A stretch of 64,000 nucleotides of DNA from Nitrospirota bacterium (GCA_040754455.1 JBFMCP010000005.1:1-64000), one strand, 5' to 3'. Counted from the first letter of the stretch, positions 29,952 to 40,395 are shown. The notes: a model not told the origin generated them from the sequence alone. Numbers and translations are program-made.

Positions 29952-30716
29952 ATGAAAACGGCTCTCACCATAGCAGGGACCGATCCGACGGGGGGAGCGG
30001 GCGTGCAGGCGGACCTCAAGGTATTTCATCACTTTGGCGTCTACGGACTCTCGGTCGTTTCAGCCCTCACCGTCCAGAATACCGAAAAAGTGAGCGCAAC
30101 GTCAAGGATTGAAGGGGCGCTCATAGAGGCCCAGCTGAATACCCTTATCAACGATATACGCCCGGATGCGCTCAAGACAGGAATGCTGCTCTCGTCCGAT
30201 GCCGTCAGGGCAGTAGCGAAAGCGGTGCGGGCCTACGATCTGCATAATCTGGTAATAGACCCGGTGGTTCGGTCGTCATCAGGCGCCCAGCTCCTGGAAG
30301 ATGAGGCGCTCGCCCTGCTCAAAAGCGAACTGTTTCCGCTGGCTGAGGTCATCACACCGAATATCGACGAGGCAGCAGCGCTGACCGGTATCGCGATTTC
30401 TGATGCAGGAGATATGGAGGAGGCCGCGCAGGAGCTGAAACAGCTGGGGCCCGAGGTGATCATCATCACCGGCGGGCATTTTAAAGAAGAGACCCTTGAG
30501 TTGGTATATGATGGTCGAACGTTTCACCGTATTAGAGGCAAGAAGATAAAAGGCGAGTACCACGGCACCGGCTGCGCTTTCTCAGCTGCCGTCGCAGCGC
30601 TCCTGGCCAGAGGCACGCTGGTCGCCGACGCTGCCAGAGGTGCGAAAGATTTTGTAGAAAAAGCCATAACCCATGCGTACGATATAGGTAAAGGAATGAG
30701 GTTGCTTCATGTCTAA
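29952..30716 (+). CDS. thiD: Hydroxymethylpyrimidine/phosphomethylpyrimidine kinase
   Basis: IAGTDPTGGAGVQADLK, HGTGC. Confidence 0.96.
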   Translation: MKTALTIAGTDPTGGAGVQADLKVFHHFGVYGLSVVSALTVQNTEKVSATSRIEGALIEAQLNTLINDIRPDALKTGMLLSSDAVRAVAKAVRAYDLHNLVIDPVVRSSSGAQLLEDEALALLKSELFPLAEVITPNIDEAAALTGIAISDAGDMEEAAQELKQLGPEVIIITGGHFKEETLELVYDGRTFHRIRGKKIKGEYHGTGCAFSAAVAALLARGTLVADAARGAKDFVEKAITHAYDIGKGMRLLHV

Positions 30717-32070
30717 GATTAAAACAGTGTATCAGTGCCAGGCCTGCGGGTATACCAGCCCGAAATGGATAGGAAAGTGCCCTGACTGCGGGGCATGGAA
30801 CAGTTTTGCCGAGGAGCGGCAGGACCCGAAGGCACTCAAGAGTTCCCACCTGCTGGCAAGCTCTGCAGAGGCCCAGCCGCTGAGCACAATCTCAGGCGCC
30901 AGGGAGAAGAGAATACCGGTCGGCATTGCCGAACTGGATAGAGTCCTAGGAGGCGGGCTCGTCAACGGTGCCATCATCCTGATCGGGGGAGACCCGGGCA
31001 TCGGGAAATCGACACTGATCCTCCAGGCATTGGCAAAATTTACGGAGAAGGCTTCGACCGTCCTCTATGTATCCGGTGAGGAGTCTCCCGAACAGATCAA
31101 GTTGCGCGCGGAACGGCTCTCGATCAATTCCGACAATATCATCCTCCTCCCCGAGACCGTTGTCGAGCGTATCATTGCCGTTGCACACGATCTCAAGCCC
31201 GCGGCACTCGTCGTCGACTCCATTCAGACAGTCTTTACCGAGGACCTTCCCTCTGCTCCCGGCTCCGTAGGCCAGATCAGGGAATCGGCGGCAAAACTCA
31301 TGGTCTATGCAAAAAAATCTCAGGTGCCGGTCTTCCTCATCGGTCATGTCACCAAGGAGGGGGCGATCGCCGGGCCGAGAGTGCTCGAGCATATTGTCGA
31401 TACCGTGCTCTATTTCGAAGGCGACCGCGGACATTCCTATCGCATCCTCCGCACCATAAAGAACAGGTTCGGCTCGACCAACGAGATAGGGGTCTTCGAA
31501 ATGACCGATAGCGGCCTCACCGAGATCAACAATCCATCCGAGCTCTTCCTCTCCGAGAGGCCCCTCGACGGCTCCGGCTCTACAGTCATCGCGAGCATGG
31601 AGGGCACGCGGCCGTTGTTGGTCGAGGTGCAAGCGCTCGTCTCGCCGACCACCTTCGGTATGCCCCGGAGGACCAGCATGGGCGTCGATTTCAATAGGGT
31701 CAATCTCCTTATCGCCGTCCTCGAAAAGAAGGCCGGAATGCACTTGGGCGGCATGGACGTGTTTACCAATATCGTCGGAGGATTGAAGGTCATCGAGCCT
31801 GCCGCAGACCTGGGCATCGTCGCCGCAATCGTCTCTTCATTCCGGGAGGTGCCCATTGATCCGAAAACCCTCTTCTTCGGCGAAGTCGGGTTGTCCGGCG
31901 AAGTGAGGGCAGTTGCGCAGGGCGAAACAAGGATAAAAGAGGCTGCGAAGATCGGGTTCAAAAGAGCAATCATCCCGAAGAGCAATGCCGATAAACTGAA
32001 AGATACGTTCGGTATCACCGCTATAGGAGTAAAGAATGTCGAGGAAGTCATTGAACATCTCAAAAACTAG
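30709..32070 (+). CDS. radA: DNA repair protein RadA/Sms
   Basis: C4 zinc finger, GDPGIGKST, KNRFG. Confidence 0.98.
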   Translation: MSKIKTVYQCQACGYTSPKWIGKCPDCGAWNSFAEERQDPKALKSSHLLASSAEAQPLSTISGAREKRIPVGIAELDRVLGGGLVNGAIILIGGDPGIGKSTLILQALAKFTEKASTVLYVSGEESPEQIKLRAERLSINSDNIILLPETVVERIIAVAHDLKPAALVVDSIQTVFTEDLPSAPGSVGQIRESAAKLMVYAKKSQVPVFLIGHVTKEGAIAGPRVLEHIVDTVLYFEGDRGHSYRILRTIKNRFGSTNEIGVFEMTDSGLTEINNPSELFLSERPLDGSGSTVIASMEGTRPLLVEVQALVSPTTFGMPRRTSMGVDFNRVNLLIAVLEKKAGMHLGGMDVFTNIVGGLKVIEPAADLGIVAAIVSSFREVPIDPKTLFFGEVGLSGEVRAVAQGETRIKEAAKIGFKRAIIPKSNADKLKDTFGITAIGVKNVEEVIEHLKN

Positions 32071-32809
32071 AAGTCAGAATTCAGAATCCAGAATTCAGAA
32101 TAAAAGACAAAAAACTACGAATCTGTTATTCTGGCTCTTGGCTTCTATATTCTGTATTCTGTTGTTATCCTCCTGTGCTCCGAAGATTGTCGAGAGACCC
32201 GCGCCTGCACGGATAACGCTCAATGACCTGCTTGCCCGGCTCAACACGATACAATCGGTCGAAGCGGTACTGGCAATCGATTATGAAAAAGGTGATTCAG
32301 TCATGAGCGGCGACGGGTTCTTAAACGTTTCTGATGACAGTCTCAATCTGAGAATCTACTATCTCGGGTTTCTTGCCGGCGAGGTTAATGAAGAACATGG
32401 CGTTGTAAAGAGCAAACCAAAGCTCGACAAGAATAAGAGCGCAATCCTCATCGACGGCCTGAAGAACAGTTTCCTCTGGTGGAACATCAAAGATTATACC
32501 GTACAAGAACGGGATGACACCTATGTCCTGAAAAACTACAGCAGAACAATCGTGCTCAGCAAAGAGACCTTATTGCCGGTGCAGCAGACAATCGAGCTCG
32601 ACAACGGCAACCAGCTGAACATCCACTATGAGGAACCCGTCAAGAATATCCCAAAGTCAGAAATAAAAGCTCCCCAGCCGCAGCAGGATACCCTCGTGCC
32701 CTGGTACCAGTCACGGCTCACCATACAGCTCAAAAAGCATCTGGTAAAAGTTAAGGTGAAGTCTTATACAATCGCAAAAGCAAAGGATCCGGAAGTCAGG
32801 AGTCAGTAA
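32036..32809 (+). CDS. Hypothetical lipoprotein
   Basis: SD AGGAG, lipobox LSSC. Confidence 0.75.
   Translation: MSRKSLNISKTRSQNSESRIQNKRQKTTNLLFWLLASIFCILLLSSCAPKIVERPAPARITLNDLLARLNTIQSVEAVLAIDYEKGDSVMSGDGFLNVSDDSLNLRIYYLGFLAGEVNEEHGVVKSKPKLDKNKSAILIDGLKNSFLWWNIKDYTVQERDDTYVLKNYSRTIVLSKETLLPVQQTIELDNGNQLNIHYEEPVKNIPKSEIKAPQPQQDTLVPWYQSRLTIQLKKHLVKVKVKSYTIAKAKDPEVRSQ
32069..32160. repeat. Inverted heptamer hairpin, AGAAKTC family, 5+5 units, inside a CDS
   Basis: AGAAGTC AGAATTC AGAATCC AGAATTC AGAATAA / TTATTCT GGCTCTT GGCTTCT ATATTCT GTATTCT. Confidence 0.88.
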
Positions 32810-32873
32810 TCAGAATAAAAACACTCATCAATAAATTTTTATTCTGGATTCTGAATTCTGGCTCCTGGCTCCT
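32784..32873. repeat. Inverted heptamer hairpin, same family, between convergent genes
   Basis: GGAAGTC AGGAGTC AGTAATC AGAATAA / TTATTCT GGATTCT GAATTCT GGCTCCT GGCTCCT. Confidence 0.88.
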
Positions 32874-34089
32874 GTTTTTCAATGTTCGGTCCTCCCGCCT
32901 TTATACCCCGAATAAGGGTGAGCCCGGCAATGAAGAAAAGAGCCACTGAGAGCACCGCGGGCCGCTGGCTTCCAAAGGTCGAGGAGAAGTAGCCGAAAAC
33001 GAGTGGCCCGATGATAGCGGATGATTTGCCGACAAGCGTATAGACGCCGAAATATTCCGACTCCTGGCCCTCCGGAATGAACTGTGCAAAAAACGCCCTC
33101 GATGCCGCCTGAACAGTTCCGAGTCCGAGGCCGGCAACGCAGGCAACAAGAAAAAAGCCCGCTTTAGAGGACGTGAAATACGCTGTAACGGAGACAACAG
33201 TCCAGAGTGCCAGTGAGAGCATGACCACCCTCCTGGGGCCCCGGTAATCAATGGGGCGGGCCATAATAAACGCCCCTGCAAGGGCGGTGGCCTGCACGAT
33301 GAGATAGAGGAGAATCAACTCCTGCGGAGTAAATCCAAGCGTCACCGCAGCAAAGATGCTCGAAAAAACAATCACGGTATTCACGCCGTCCTCATAGATC
33401 AGGTACGCAATCAGAAATCGACGCATCTCTTTCTGTTTCCCTATTCCCCTCAGCCGCTCTATCGTCTGTTTGAAACCACTGACGGCCGCATCGGCGAAGG
33501 GTATCGCTCCTCTGCTGTCGCGAGGGAGAAAGAGAAAGGCAGGAAGGGAAAATATCCCGAAGAAAAGGGCCACCATCGGCCAGGTCATGTTCAGCATATT
33601 GTTATTGATAAGGATGAGAGCGAACAGAAGCGAAAGGATTGATCCCGCATAGCCTATTGCAAAACCCCATGCGGAAACTCTCCCCTGATAGGAGGGCTCG
33701 GCAATCTCGGGGAGGTAGGAATTGTAGAAGACGATGCCACCCTCCAGACCGATGTTGGCGAGAATAATAAGAACAAAGCCCTCACATGCCATACCTTCTT
33801 GCAAGAGCGAAAGTGAAGCCACAGCACCGATGCAGAGGAGCGTATAGAAGGCGAGGAGCCTCTTTCTCACCCGTGCGTAATCCGCTATTCCTCCGAGAAA
33901 CGGCGAGGTGACGGCAACAAACCCCATGCTTACGGCAATCGCCCTCCCCCACCAGAGATCACCCAGTCCGTGTACATTGCCGACAATGTGATTGACATAA
34001 TAAACGGGAAAAATGACCGCCGAGATGACCGCTGAATAGCTCGAGTTGGCAAAATCGAAGAGGCACCAGGAGAGGACTTTTTTATTCAT
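32839..34089 (-). CDS. MFS transporter, UMF1/Atg22-like
   Basis: WCLFDFANS, FYNSYLPEI, about 12 TMs. Confidence 0.9.
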   Translation of the reverse strand: MNKKVLSWCLFDFANSSYSAVISAVIFPVYYVNHIVGNVHGLGDLWWGRAIAVSMGFVAVTSPFLGGIADYARVRKRLLAFYTLLCIGAVASLSLLQEGMACEGFVLIILANIGLEGGIVFYNSYLPEIAEPSYQGRVSAWGFAIGYAGSILSLLFALILINNNMLNMTWPMVALFFGIFSLPAFLFLPRDSRGAIPFADAAVSGFKQTIERLRGIGKQKEMRRFLIAYLIYEDGVNTVIVFSSIFAAVTLGFTPQELILLYLIVQATALAGAFIMARPIDYRGPRRVVMLSLALWTVVSVTAYFTSSKAGFFLVACVAGLGLGTVQAASRAFFAQFIPEGQESEYFGVYTLVGKSSAIIGPLVFGYFSSTFGSQRPAVLSVALFFIAGLTLIRGIKAGGPNIEKQEPGARIQNPE

Positions 34090-34150
34090 TACCGCTCGCT
34101 CTACTGAGTCCCTATTTGCCATCATAGCGAACATGGGACAATTAAGGTTG

Positions 34151-34235
34151 AGAAAAGCAACGATCAAAAAGCAAAAATAAAAAAACAAGGAATCCTTATA
34201 TTTTCATCTTGCTCTTTAGTTTTTGATTTTTCTCT
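34151..34235. repeat. Inverted A-rich heptamer hairpin
   Basis: TCAAAAA GCAAAAA TAAAAAA .. AAGGAATCCTT .. TTTAGTTTTTGATTTTT. Confidence 0.6.
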
Positions 34236-34971
34236 CGGTCTGTTCTTTTTCTTTGACCTCGGCTTTGACGTAACGCAATTGCTCGAGCGCGCCTTTTGCC
34301 GCGGCCATCTGGGCCTCTTTCTTGCTTTTGCCGATACCGCTTCCGTACAGGGTATCTTTGATATACACCTCGGCGGTAAAGACCTTCTTGTGCTCCTCAC
34401 CTTCCTGCTTTACGATCTTGTAATCAGGCAACATACCGAACATGCTCTGGCATCGCTCCTGCAGCTCACTCTTGTAATCGTAGCCCTCCTGTTTCAACAT
34501 TACCGCGGGAATCCTCTCCCTGAAGAGGCCGAGTACCACTGCCTTTGCCGTCGGATAATCACTGTCGAGGAAGATCGCGCCGACGAGGGCTTCAAAGGCA
34601 TCGGAGAGGACCGATTTCTTTGTGCGTCCGCCTGTCGACTCCTCTCCTTTGCCGAGTCTAAGATAGGTGCCGAGCGAGAGCTTGGAGGCCATCTCAAAGA
34701 GCACCGACTCTTTCACCAGATAGGACTTCATCTTGGACATGTCCGCCTCGGTAAGCCCCCCCTGCTCGAGATAGAGGGCTTCGGCGATGATGAGCCCCAG
34801 CACGGAGTCGCCGAGGAATTCCAAACGCTCATTGTGTGCCGGGTTCTTACTGGCATTCTCGTGATGGAACGATTTGTGGGTAAGGGCGTTCAGTAAGAGC
34901 TTCTTGTTCTTGAAGACATAGCCTAAAGAGGCTTCAATTTCCTTTGTATATTCCGAAGATGAGGGAGGCAT
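34216..34971 (-). CDS. rnc: Ribonuclease III
   Basis: [12 protein letters not shown], dsRBD. Confidence 0.97.
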   Translation of the reverse strand: MPPSSSEYTKEIEASLGYVFKNKKLLLNALTHKSFHHENASKNPAHNERLEFLGDSVLGLIIAEALYLEQGGLTEADMSKMKSYLVKESVLFEMASKLSLGTYLRLGKGEESTGGRTKKSVLSDAFEALVGAIFLDSDYPTAKAVVLGLFRERIPAVMLKQEGYDYKSELQERCQSMFGMLPDYKIVKQEGEEHKKVFTAEVYIKDTLYGSGIGKSKKEAQMAAAKGALEQLRYVKAEVKEKEQTERKIKN

Positions 34972-36184
34972 TCGTTCCACCAAAACCAAAGGAGTTTGAA
35001 AGTGCATAGGAAACTTCCCGGTGTCTCGCTACCTTGGGGACATAGTCGAGATCGCACTCCGGATCAGGGGTGTCAAGATTGATCGTCGGCAGCACCATAC
35101 TATGGTGAATGCTCAGAATCGAAAAGATCGACTCTACGCCGCCGGCAGCGCCCAGGAGATGGCCGGTCATGGATTTGGTAGAACTGACGCATAATTTATA
35201 GGCATGTTCACCGAATACCGTTTTTATCGCCGCGGTCTCAAGCTCATCTCCGTATTTTGTCGAGGTGCCATGGGCGTTGATATAGTCGATCTGCTCAGGG
35301 CTAAGTCCGGCATCCTTCAAGGCTGCTCTCATGCAGCGCACCGCCCCCTCGCCGCCGGGCGCCGGCGATGATATGTGGTATGCATCACCGGACATACCAT
35401 ATCCCAATATCTCTGCATAGATTTTTGCCCCGCGCGCCCTGGCGCTCTCGAGGCTCTCAAGGATGATAATCCCTGCGCCCTCTCCCACGACAAAACCGTC
35501 CCTGTCCGCATCGAATGGACGGCTCGCCCTCTCCGGCTCGCCGTTGCGCGTCGACAGCGCCTTCATCACGGCAAAACCACCGACACAAAGGGCAGTGATT
35601 GCCGACTCGGTGCCCCCCGCGATCATGGCATCGGCATCGCCCCTCTGGATGATCTTGAAGGCGTCGCCGATGGAGTGGCTCCCGGTCGCACAGGCGGTCA
35701 CCACCGCAGAGTTGGGGCCTTTTGCTCCGAACTTGATCGATACATTGCCGGACGCAAGATTGATGATGAGCATAGGAATGAAAAAGGGAGATATTCTCTT
35801 ATATCCCCTTTCCAGATAGGCCTTATGGTAGTGCTCGATCGCCGGCAGTCCGCCCATTCCTGCGCCGATGATCACTCCGACGCGCTCGGCATTCTCATCG
35901 GTAATCTTCAGGCCCGAATCCTCGATCGCCATCGTCGAAGCCGCCATGGCCAGATGGATAAAACGGTCCATCTTCTTGATCTCTTTGGCCTCGATATAGG
36001 GAGCTGGGTCGAACCCTTTCACCTCGCCGGCGATGCGCACAGGGAGCGGAGACGCATCAAATTGCGTAATCGGGCCAATCCCGGAGCGGCCTTCGGTCGC
36101 AGCCTTCCATGATGCCTCCACCCCAATGCCGAGCGGTGTAATAAGCCCCAACCCGGTAACGACGACTCTTCTTTTTACGCTCAT
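34934..36184 (-). CDS. fabF: Beta-ketoacyl-ACP synthase II
   Basis: [21 protein letters not shown]. Confidence 0.98.
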   Translation of the reverse strand: MSVKRRVVVTGLGLITPLGIGVEASWKAATEGRSGIGPITQFDASPLPVRIAGEVKGFDPAPYIEAKEIKKMDRFIHLAMAASTMAIEDSGLKITDENAERVGVIIGAGMGGLPAIEHYHKAYLERGYKRISPFFIPMLIINLASGNVSIKFGAKGPNSAVVTACATGSHSIGDAFKIIQRGDADAMIAGGTESAITALCVGGFAVMKALSTRNGEPERASRPFDADRDGFVVGEGAGIIILESLESARARGAKIYAEILGYGMSGDAYHISSPAPGGEGAVRCMRAALKDAGLSPEQIDYINAHGTSTKYGDELETAAIKTVFGEHAYKLCVSSTKSMTGHLLGAAGGVESIFSILSIHHSMVLPTINLDTPDPECDLDYVPKVARHREVSYALSNSFGFGGTNASLIFGIYKGN

Positions 36185-36411
36185 CCTGCTTTTTTGGTTA
36201 TGTAATCGACAGCGTCTTTGACTTTTACGATCTTTTCAGCATCCTCATCCGGGATTTCGATATTGAAGGCTTCTTCGAACGCCATGACCAGCTCGACCGT
36301 GTCGAGCGAGTCGGCACCGAGGTCCTCCACAAAGGATGCTTCGGGGGTCACTTCTGCCTGATCCACTCCCAGCTGCTTCGATATAATTTCTTTTACTTTC
36401 GCGTCTACCAT
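36181..36411 (-). CDS. acpP: Acyl carrier protein
   Basis: [21 protein letters not shown]. Confidence 0.98.
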   Translation of the reverse strand: MVDAKVKEIISKQLGVDQAEVTPEASFVEDLGADSLDTVELVMAFEEAFNIEIPDEDAEKIVKVKDAVDYITKKAG

Positions 36412-36430
36412 TATTACCTCCGTTTTTTGT

Positions 36431-36513
36431 TGCGTTATAGCGTTTATTGCGTCGTGCGTTATAGCGTAGAGAATTTTCCGCGATAAACGCGGCACGCTAT
36501 AACGCTATAAACG
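36431..36513. repeat. Inverted 8-9-mer tandem hairpin (GCGTTATA family) between fabG and acpP
   Basis: GCGTTATA GCGTTTATT GCGTCGT GCGTTATA GCGT / ACGCTATA ACGCTATA AACG. Confidence 0.8.
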
Positions 36514-36514
36514 G

Positions 36515-37249
36515 CTACATGTACATTCCACCGTTCACATGGATCACCTGTCCGGTGACATATCCTGATTCCGGGGAAGCGAAAAAGAGCACTGCATTGG
36601 CGACATCCTCGACGGTGCCGAACCGGTTCATCGGGATGGCTTTAAGCATTTCTTGGCGTACATTCTCGGAGAGGGCGTCGGTCATGGCGGTGGTGATGAA
36701 GCCCGGAGCCACGGCGTTGACCGTGATCCCCCTGCCCGCATATTCCTTGGCAGTGGTCTTGGTGAGACCCACGATCCCTGCCTTTGAGGCGCTGTAATTG
36801 GCCTGGCCCGGATTGCCCATAAAAGCGACGACGGAAGCGATGTTGATGATCCTGCCGTAGCGCTGCTTCGACATAATCCTCACCGCCTCCTTTGAGCAGA
36901 GGAACGTGCCTTTCAAATTGATATTGATCACCGCGTCCCAGTCTTCCTCTTTCATCCTGAGGAGCAGGCCGTCTCTCGTAATGCCAGCATTATTCACTAC
37001 AATCTCCACCTTGCCGAACTCTGTCGTCGCCTGTTCGAAGATGGAGGCGACATCAGACGAATTCGAAACATCGGCTTTGAGCGCAATACTCCTGACGCCC
37101 ATTTTCTCAAGGTCTGCCGATGCCTCCCTGGCAATATCAGGGTTCACATCGACCACCGCGATGTTCACCCCGCGTTTGGCAAGAGATTCGCAGATCGCCT
37201 TTCCGATGCCGCGACCACCGCCGGTGACAAGTGCTGTATGTCCGTTCAC
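36515..37249 (-). CDS. fabG: 3-oxoacyl-ACP reductase
   Basis: TGGGRGIG, NNAGITRD, YSASK. Confidence 0.97.
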   Translation of the reverse strand: MNGHTALVTGGGRGIGKAICESLAKRGVNIAVVDVNPDIAREASADLEKMGVRSIALKADVSNSSDVASIFEQATTEFGKVEIVVNNAGITRDGLLLRMKEEDWDAVININLKGTFLCSKEAVRIMSKQRYGRIINIASVVAFMGNPGQANYSASKAGIVGLTKTTAKEYAGRGITVNAVAPGFITTAMTDALSENVRQEMLKAIPMNRFGTVEDVANAVLFFASPESGYVTGQVIHVNGGMYM

Positions 37250-37369
37250 GTGGTGTCTACCCCCAACAAAAATTCGGCTATCATTCTAACAGAGAGCCGG
37301 TGCCATTTTCCAGACCACTTGAATCGTACACAATACCATAAAGTACTGAAAAAGTACAAATGAAAGGCG

Positions 37370-37867
37370 CTACCGGTAGTTGGAAAACTGGAGGTGAATG
37401 CCGAAGTCCTTGTTTTTAAGCTGCGCCATGACCGCCTGCAGATCGTCGATCTTCTTTGCCTTCACCCGCACCTGGTCCTTCTGGATCTCGGGGCTTACCT
37501 TGAGCTTCATATCTTTAATGAGCTTCACGATCTCCTTTGCCTTGTCCTGGGGAATTCCCTGCTGCAGCGTGATGGTCTGGCGGACTGTGTTGGCCGCTGC
37601 GGGCTCCAGTTTGCCGTAGTTCAATGCCTTGAGAGAGATACCGCGCTTAACCATTTTTGATTGAAGGATATCGATGACGCTCTTCATCTTCTGCTCGTCA
37701 TCGGACGTAAGCGTTAGGGTCCCCTTACCTTTGTCGAGCTCTATAGTGCTCTTGCTCCCCTTGAAGTCAAACCTCTGGCCGATCTCCCGCATCGCCTGAT
37801 CAACGGCATTAGTGACTTCCTGCATACTTACTTCGCATACAATATCAAAAGAATGCTCATCTGCCAT
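37370..37867 (-). CDS. yajQ: YajQ-family nucleotide/c-di-GMP-binding protein
   Basis: SFDIV, RFDFKGS, IDDLQAV, QFSNYR. Confidence 0.96.
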   Translation of the reverse strand: MADEHSFDIVCEVSMQEVTNAVDQAMREIGQRFDFKGSKSTIELDKGKGTLTLTSDDEQKMKSVIDILQSKMVKRGISLKALNYGKLEPAAANTVRQTITLQQGIPQDKAKEIVKLIKDMKLKVSPEIQKDQVRVKAKKIDDLQAVMAQLKNKDFGIHLQFSNYR

Positions 37868-37882
37868 GGTTTCCTCCTCTTA

Positions 37883-37953
37883 TAGCGCTGCGCGCCGAGC
37901 GTTGTGCGTCAAGCACAGCAGACATTCTGTCTCTTGACACCCAACGTCTAACG
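37883..37953. repeat. Degenerate inverted heptamer hairpin (GAGCGTY family)
   Basis: GCGCGCC GAGCGTT GTGCGTC AAG / CTTGACAC CCAACGT CTAACG. Confidence 0.5.
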
Positions 37954-37957
37954 GTCG

Positions 37958-38404
37958 TTATTGTTCCAACTTCTGCGCCTTGATCGACAAATAATAGGCG
38001 ATCATCAGGGTGATGATTATTGCAGCACTCAGCCCCAGCTCGTAGAGCTTTTCAACAGGCACGTGCTCCATGAAGGAAGTCTGCGCCTCGATCAGAAGTA
38101 TTCTCCTCACTGCAGCGATGATGCCGATCGCCAGAAAAGGGCCCAGGACGAATTTCTGCTTCTTGAGAAACCGTATGACGGTCCACAAGAGTTCAAGAAT
38201 GATCAAGGCCAGGAGCACATCATTTACCAGGTGAATAATCGCATTCCGCGAGGGACTGATGATATTGAGCGCTGCAAAGTACATGATGAAGCTGCAGGCG
38301 CCAAGCAGCAGCAGCGCCGCAATAATGTGAAAAATCATATCAACCTTTACGAGCCACCGGCGGAAATGTTCCGTCAGATCAATGCTACTCTTGGTTTCGT
38401 CCAT
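37958..38404 (-). CDS. PsiE-family 4-TM membrane protein
   Basis: LLALIILELLWTV, PFLAIGIIAAVRRIL. Confidence 0.85.
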   Translation of the reverse strand: MDETKSSIDLTEHFRRWLVKVDMIFHIIAALLLLGACSFIMYFAALNIISPSRNAIIHLVNDVLLALIILELLWTVIRFLKKQKFVLGPFLAIGIIAAVRRILLIEAQTSFMEHVPVEKLYELGLSAAIIITLMIAYYLSIKAQKLEQ

Positions 38405-38588
38405 GGTTCTCTTCCGTTGTCTCTTTTACATTCTTTAATGCTTCAGCAGTTGCCTTGATCATTTCGGCAGGATCGGGTTTACATACGGGGCAGTAGGGTT
38501 CCCCCAAATCCAGGGGGCAGACATGCCCTCACTCGGGGCAGCAGGTACATTGGCTCACCGGCCGTTCACACACAGGGCACCACTCCAT
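38385..38588 (-). CDS. Candidate 67-aa Cys-rich selenoprotein (in-frame TGA at codon 20)
   Basis: MEWCPVCERPVSQCTCCPE(U)GHVCPLDLGEPYCPVCKPD..; SECIS-like hairpin; extended -10 upstream. Confidence 0.65.
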
Positions 38589-38697
38589 AACGTTACCATT
38601 ATAACATACCGGAATTGCATCATTAATAAGCTGCCGGCCCGATACGTCCTCCCGGCAAACGCCATCGACAGGAAAATTTGCTGCCGTTTAGCTTAAA

Positions 38698-40320
38698 ATG
38701 AATGTCATGCACGTTCGCAACCCCGGTAATCTGAGAGGGAGAGAAGCGCCAATGGGTCCCGAGTATATCGATTTCCAGTCGTTGACTGGTCTTCTGAACT
38801 CCCTTTCCGCCCTTACCGACCTCGCTTTCACCCTCTATCGCCACAACGGTGAACTGCTGCTCACTGCGCGCACCGAGGACCGGCTGATGACACAGCTTAT
38901 CTCGTATATGGCGGGCAAGGATGAGTATAAGATGTTTATTCGCAGCGGCATACACATGGCAGCCGAGAGGAACGACATCCTGGTGCTCAAAGGGCCCGCC
39001 CACCAGCACCATCTGTTTATCCCTCTCTCCCTCTCCTCGGTGCTGCTCGTCCTCGTAAGCAATCCCTTCTATCTTCATCAGAGCGAATTCGAGCGGTTCA
39101 TTCTCGAAAGGGGCCGCCGACTCAGCATCTCCCTCAAGGATGTCGGGCCGTGGCATACAATGATCCCTCTCAAAGAGCACGCGGCAGTCCGGAAAACAGC
39201 AGAACAGGTAAGATTCATTTTCGAGACGGTATTGAAGAACTCCCATGAGAGCGCGATCCAACTGCTCTCACTACAGCATACCTACTGTGAATGTCTCGCC
39301 GATCTCGAGAGACTCTCCGCCGCTCCTGAGCAGATAACGCCCAGCCTCTCTCATCCGGATGCGCTCCATGAGAGAATTATCAGCACCGCCGCCGAGCTTA
39401 CCAAAGCGGAAAGGGTATCCCTGATGCTTCCCGAAAACGACGGTTTGCTGATTAAGGCGGTAAAGGGAGAGGACACGTCGCTTACACAGGGCATGAAAAT
39501 CAAAATGGGGGAGGGAGTTGCCGGAAGGGTATTCAAGGAAGGAAAGCCCCTGATTGTCACCAACACGGAGATGCTCCGCCGGCTCGCCATTAAACCGAAA
39601 AAGCACTACAAGACCGATTCATTCATCAGTGTACCCCTCACCTTCGAGGGCGAAAGGATCGGCGTGCTCAACGTCGCCGACAAGTCCACCGGCGAAGGAT
39701 TTACCCCTATCGACGCACACCTGCTCAACTATTTTGCCTCCTATGCCGCCCTCGCCCTGAAAGTAGCGAGCTGCCATATTCTGACAGAAGAGTTGCGGGC
39801 GCTTTCCATCACCGATCCGCTCACCGGCCTCTTCAACAGAAGATATCTGGAGGAGCGCTTTACCGAGGAGATACGCCGTTCCGAGCGGTACCATCTCTCC
39901 TGTTCGCTGATATTGTTTGACATCGATGATTTCAAACTCTTTAACGACACTGAGGGGCACCTTGCCGGCGACGAAGTCCTCAAGGAGGTTGCGAAGGGGG
40001 CACAACGGAGCGCGCGCGTCCACGACGTGTTCTGCCGGTTCGGCGGTGAAGAGTTCGCGATCATCATGCCCCAGACGAGCAAGGAAGAGGCATACCTCGT
40101 TGCGGAGCGGATACGGAAAAACGTCAAATCCCTGCCGCCCATGAAAGTAAAAAAATCCCCCCGCGCCTACGTTACCATAAGCCTTGGAGTAGCCGCCTTT
40201 CCTGAAGACGGAAGGACGGTCGAGGAGCTGATCAACAACGCCGATACTGCCCTTTACCAGGCAAAGTCCCTGGGTAAAGATAAATCCTGCATGTACCGTC
40301 CCTCCACGCCTGCATTATAG
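38698..40320 (+). CDS. Sensor (PocR-like + GAF) diguanylate cyclase
   Basis: DPLTGLFNRR, I-site RVHD, RFGGEEF; GAF domain. Confidence 0.93.
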   Translation: MNVMHVRNPGNLRGREAPMGPEYIDFQSLTGLLNSLSALTDLAFTLYRHNGELLLTARTEDRLMTQLISYMAGKDEYKMFIRSGIHMAAERNDILVLKGPAHQHHLFIPLSLSSVLLVLVSNPFYLHQSEFERFILERGRRLSISLKDVGPWHTMIPLKEHAAVRKTAEQVRFIFETVLKNSHESAIQLLSLQHTYCECLADLERLSAAPEQITPSLSHPDALHERIISTAAELTKAERVSLMLPENDGLLIKAVKGEDTSLTQGMKIKMGEGVAGRVFKEGKPLIVTNTEMLRRLAIKPKKHYKTDSFISVPLTFEGERIGVLNVADKSTGEGFTPIDAHLLNYFASYAALALKVASCHILTEELRALSITDPLTGLFNRRYLEERFTEEIRRSERYHLSCSLILFDIDDFKLFNDTEGHLAGDEVLKEVAKGAQRSARVHDVFCRFGGEEFAIIMPQTSKEEAYLVAERIRKNVKSLPPMKVKKSPRAYVTISLGVAAFPEDGRTVEELINNADTALYQAKSLGKDKSCMYRPSTPAL

Positions 40321-40395
40321 AGCGCCTCTGTCGTTCCTGTCCTTTAAGGGACGCCGGCAATTTTGTTATACTTCTACGAGAGGTATGAGGACCAG

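Noticed and set aside
32069..32873. Repeats as a CRISPR array
   Set aside because: 7-mer tandem units without unique spacers; no cas genes
38592..38606. GTTACCATTATAACA similar to the OTR dyad
   Set aside because: Different spacing; explained by the extended -10 on the minus strand
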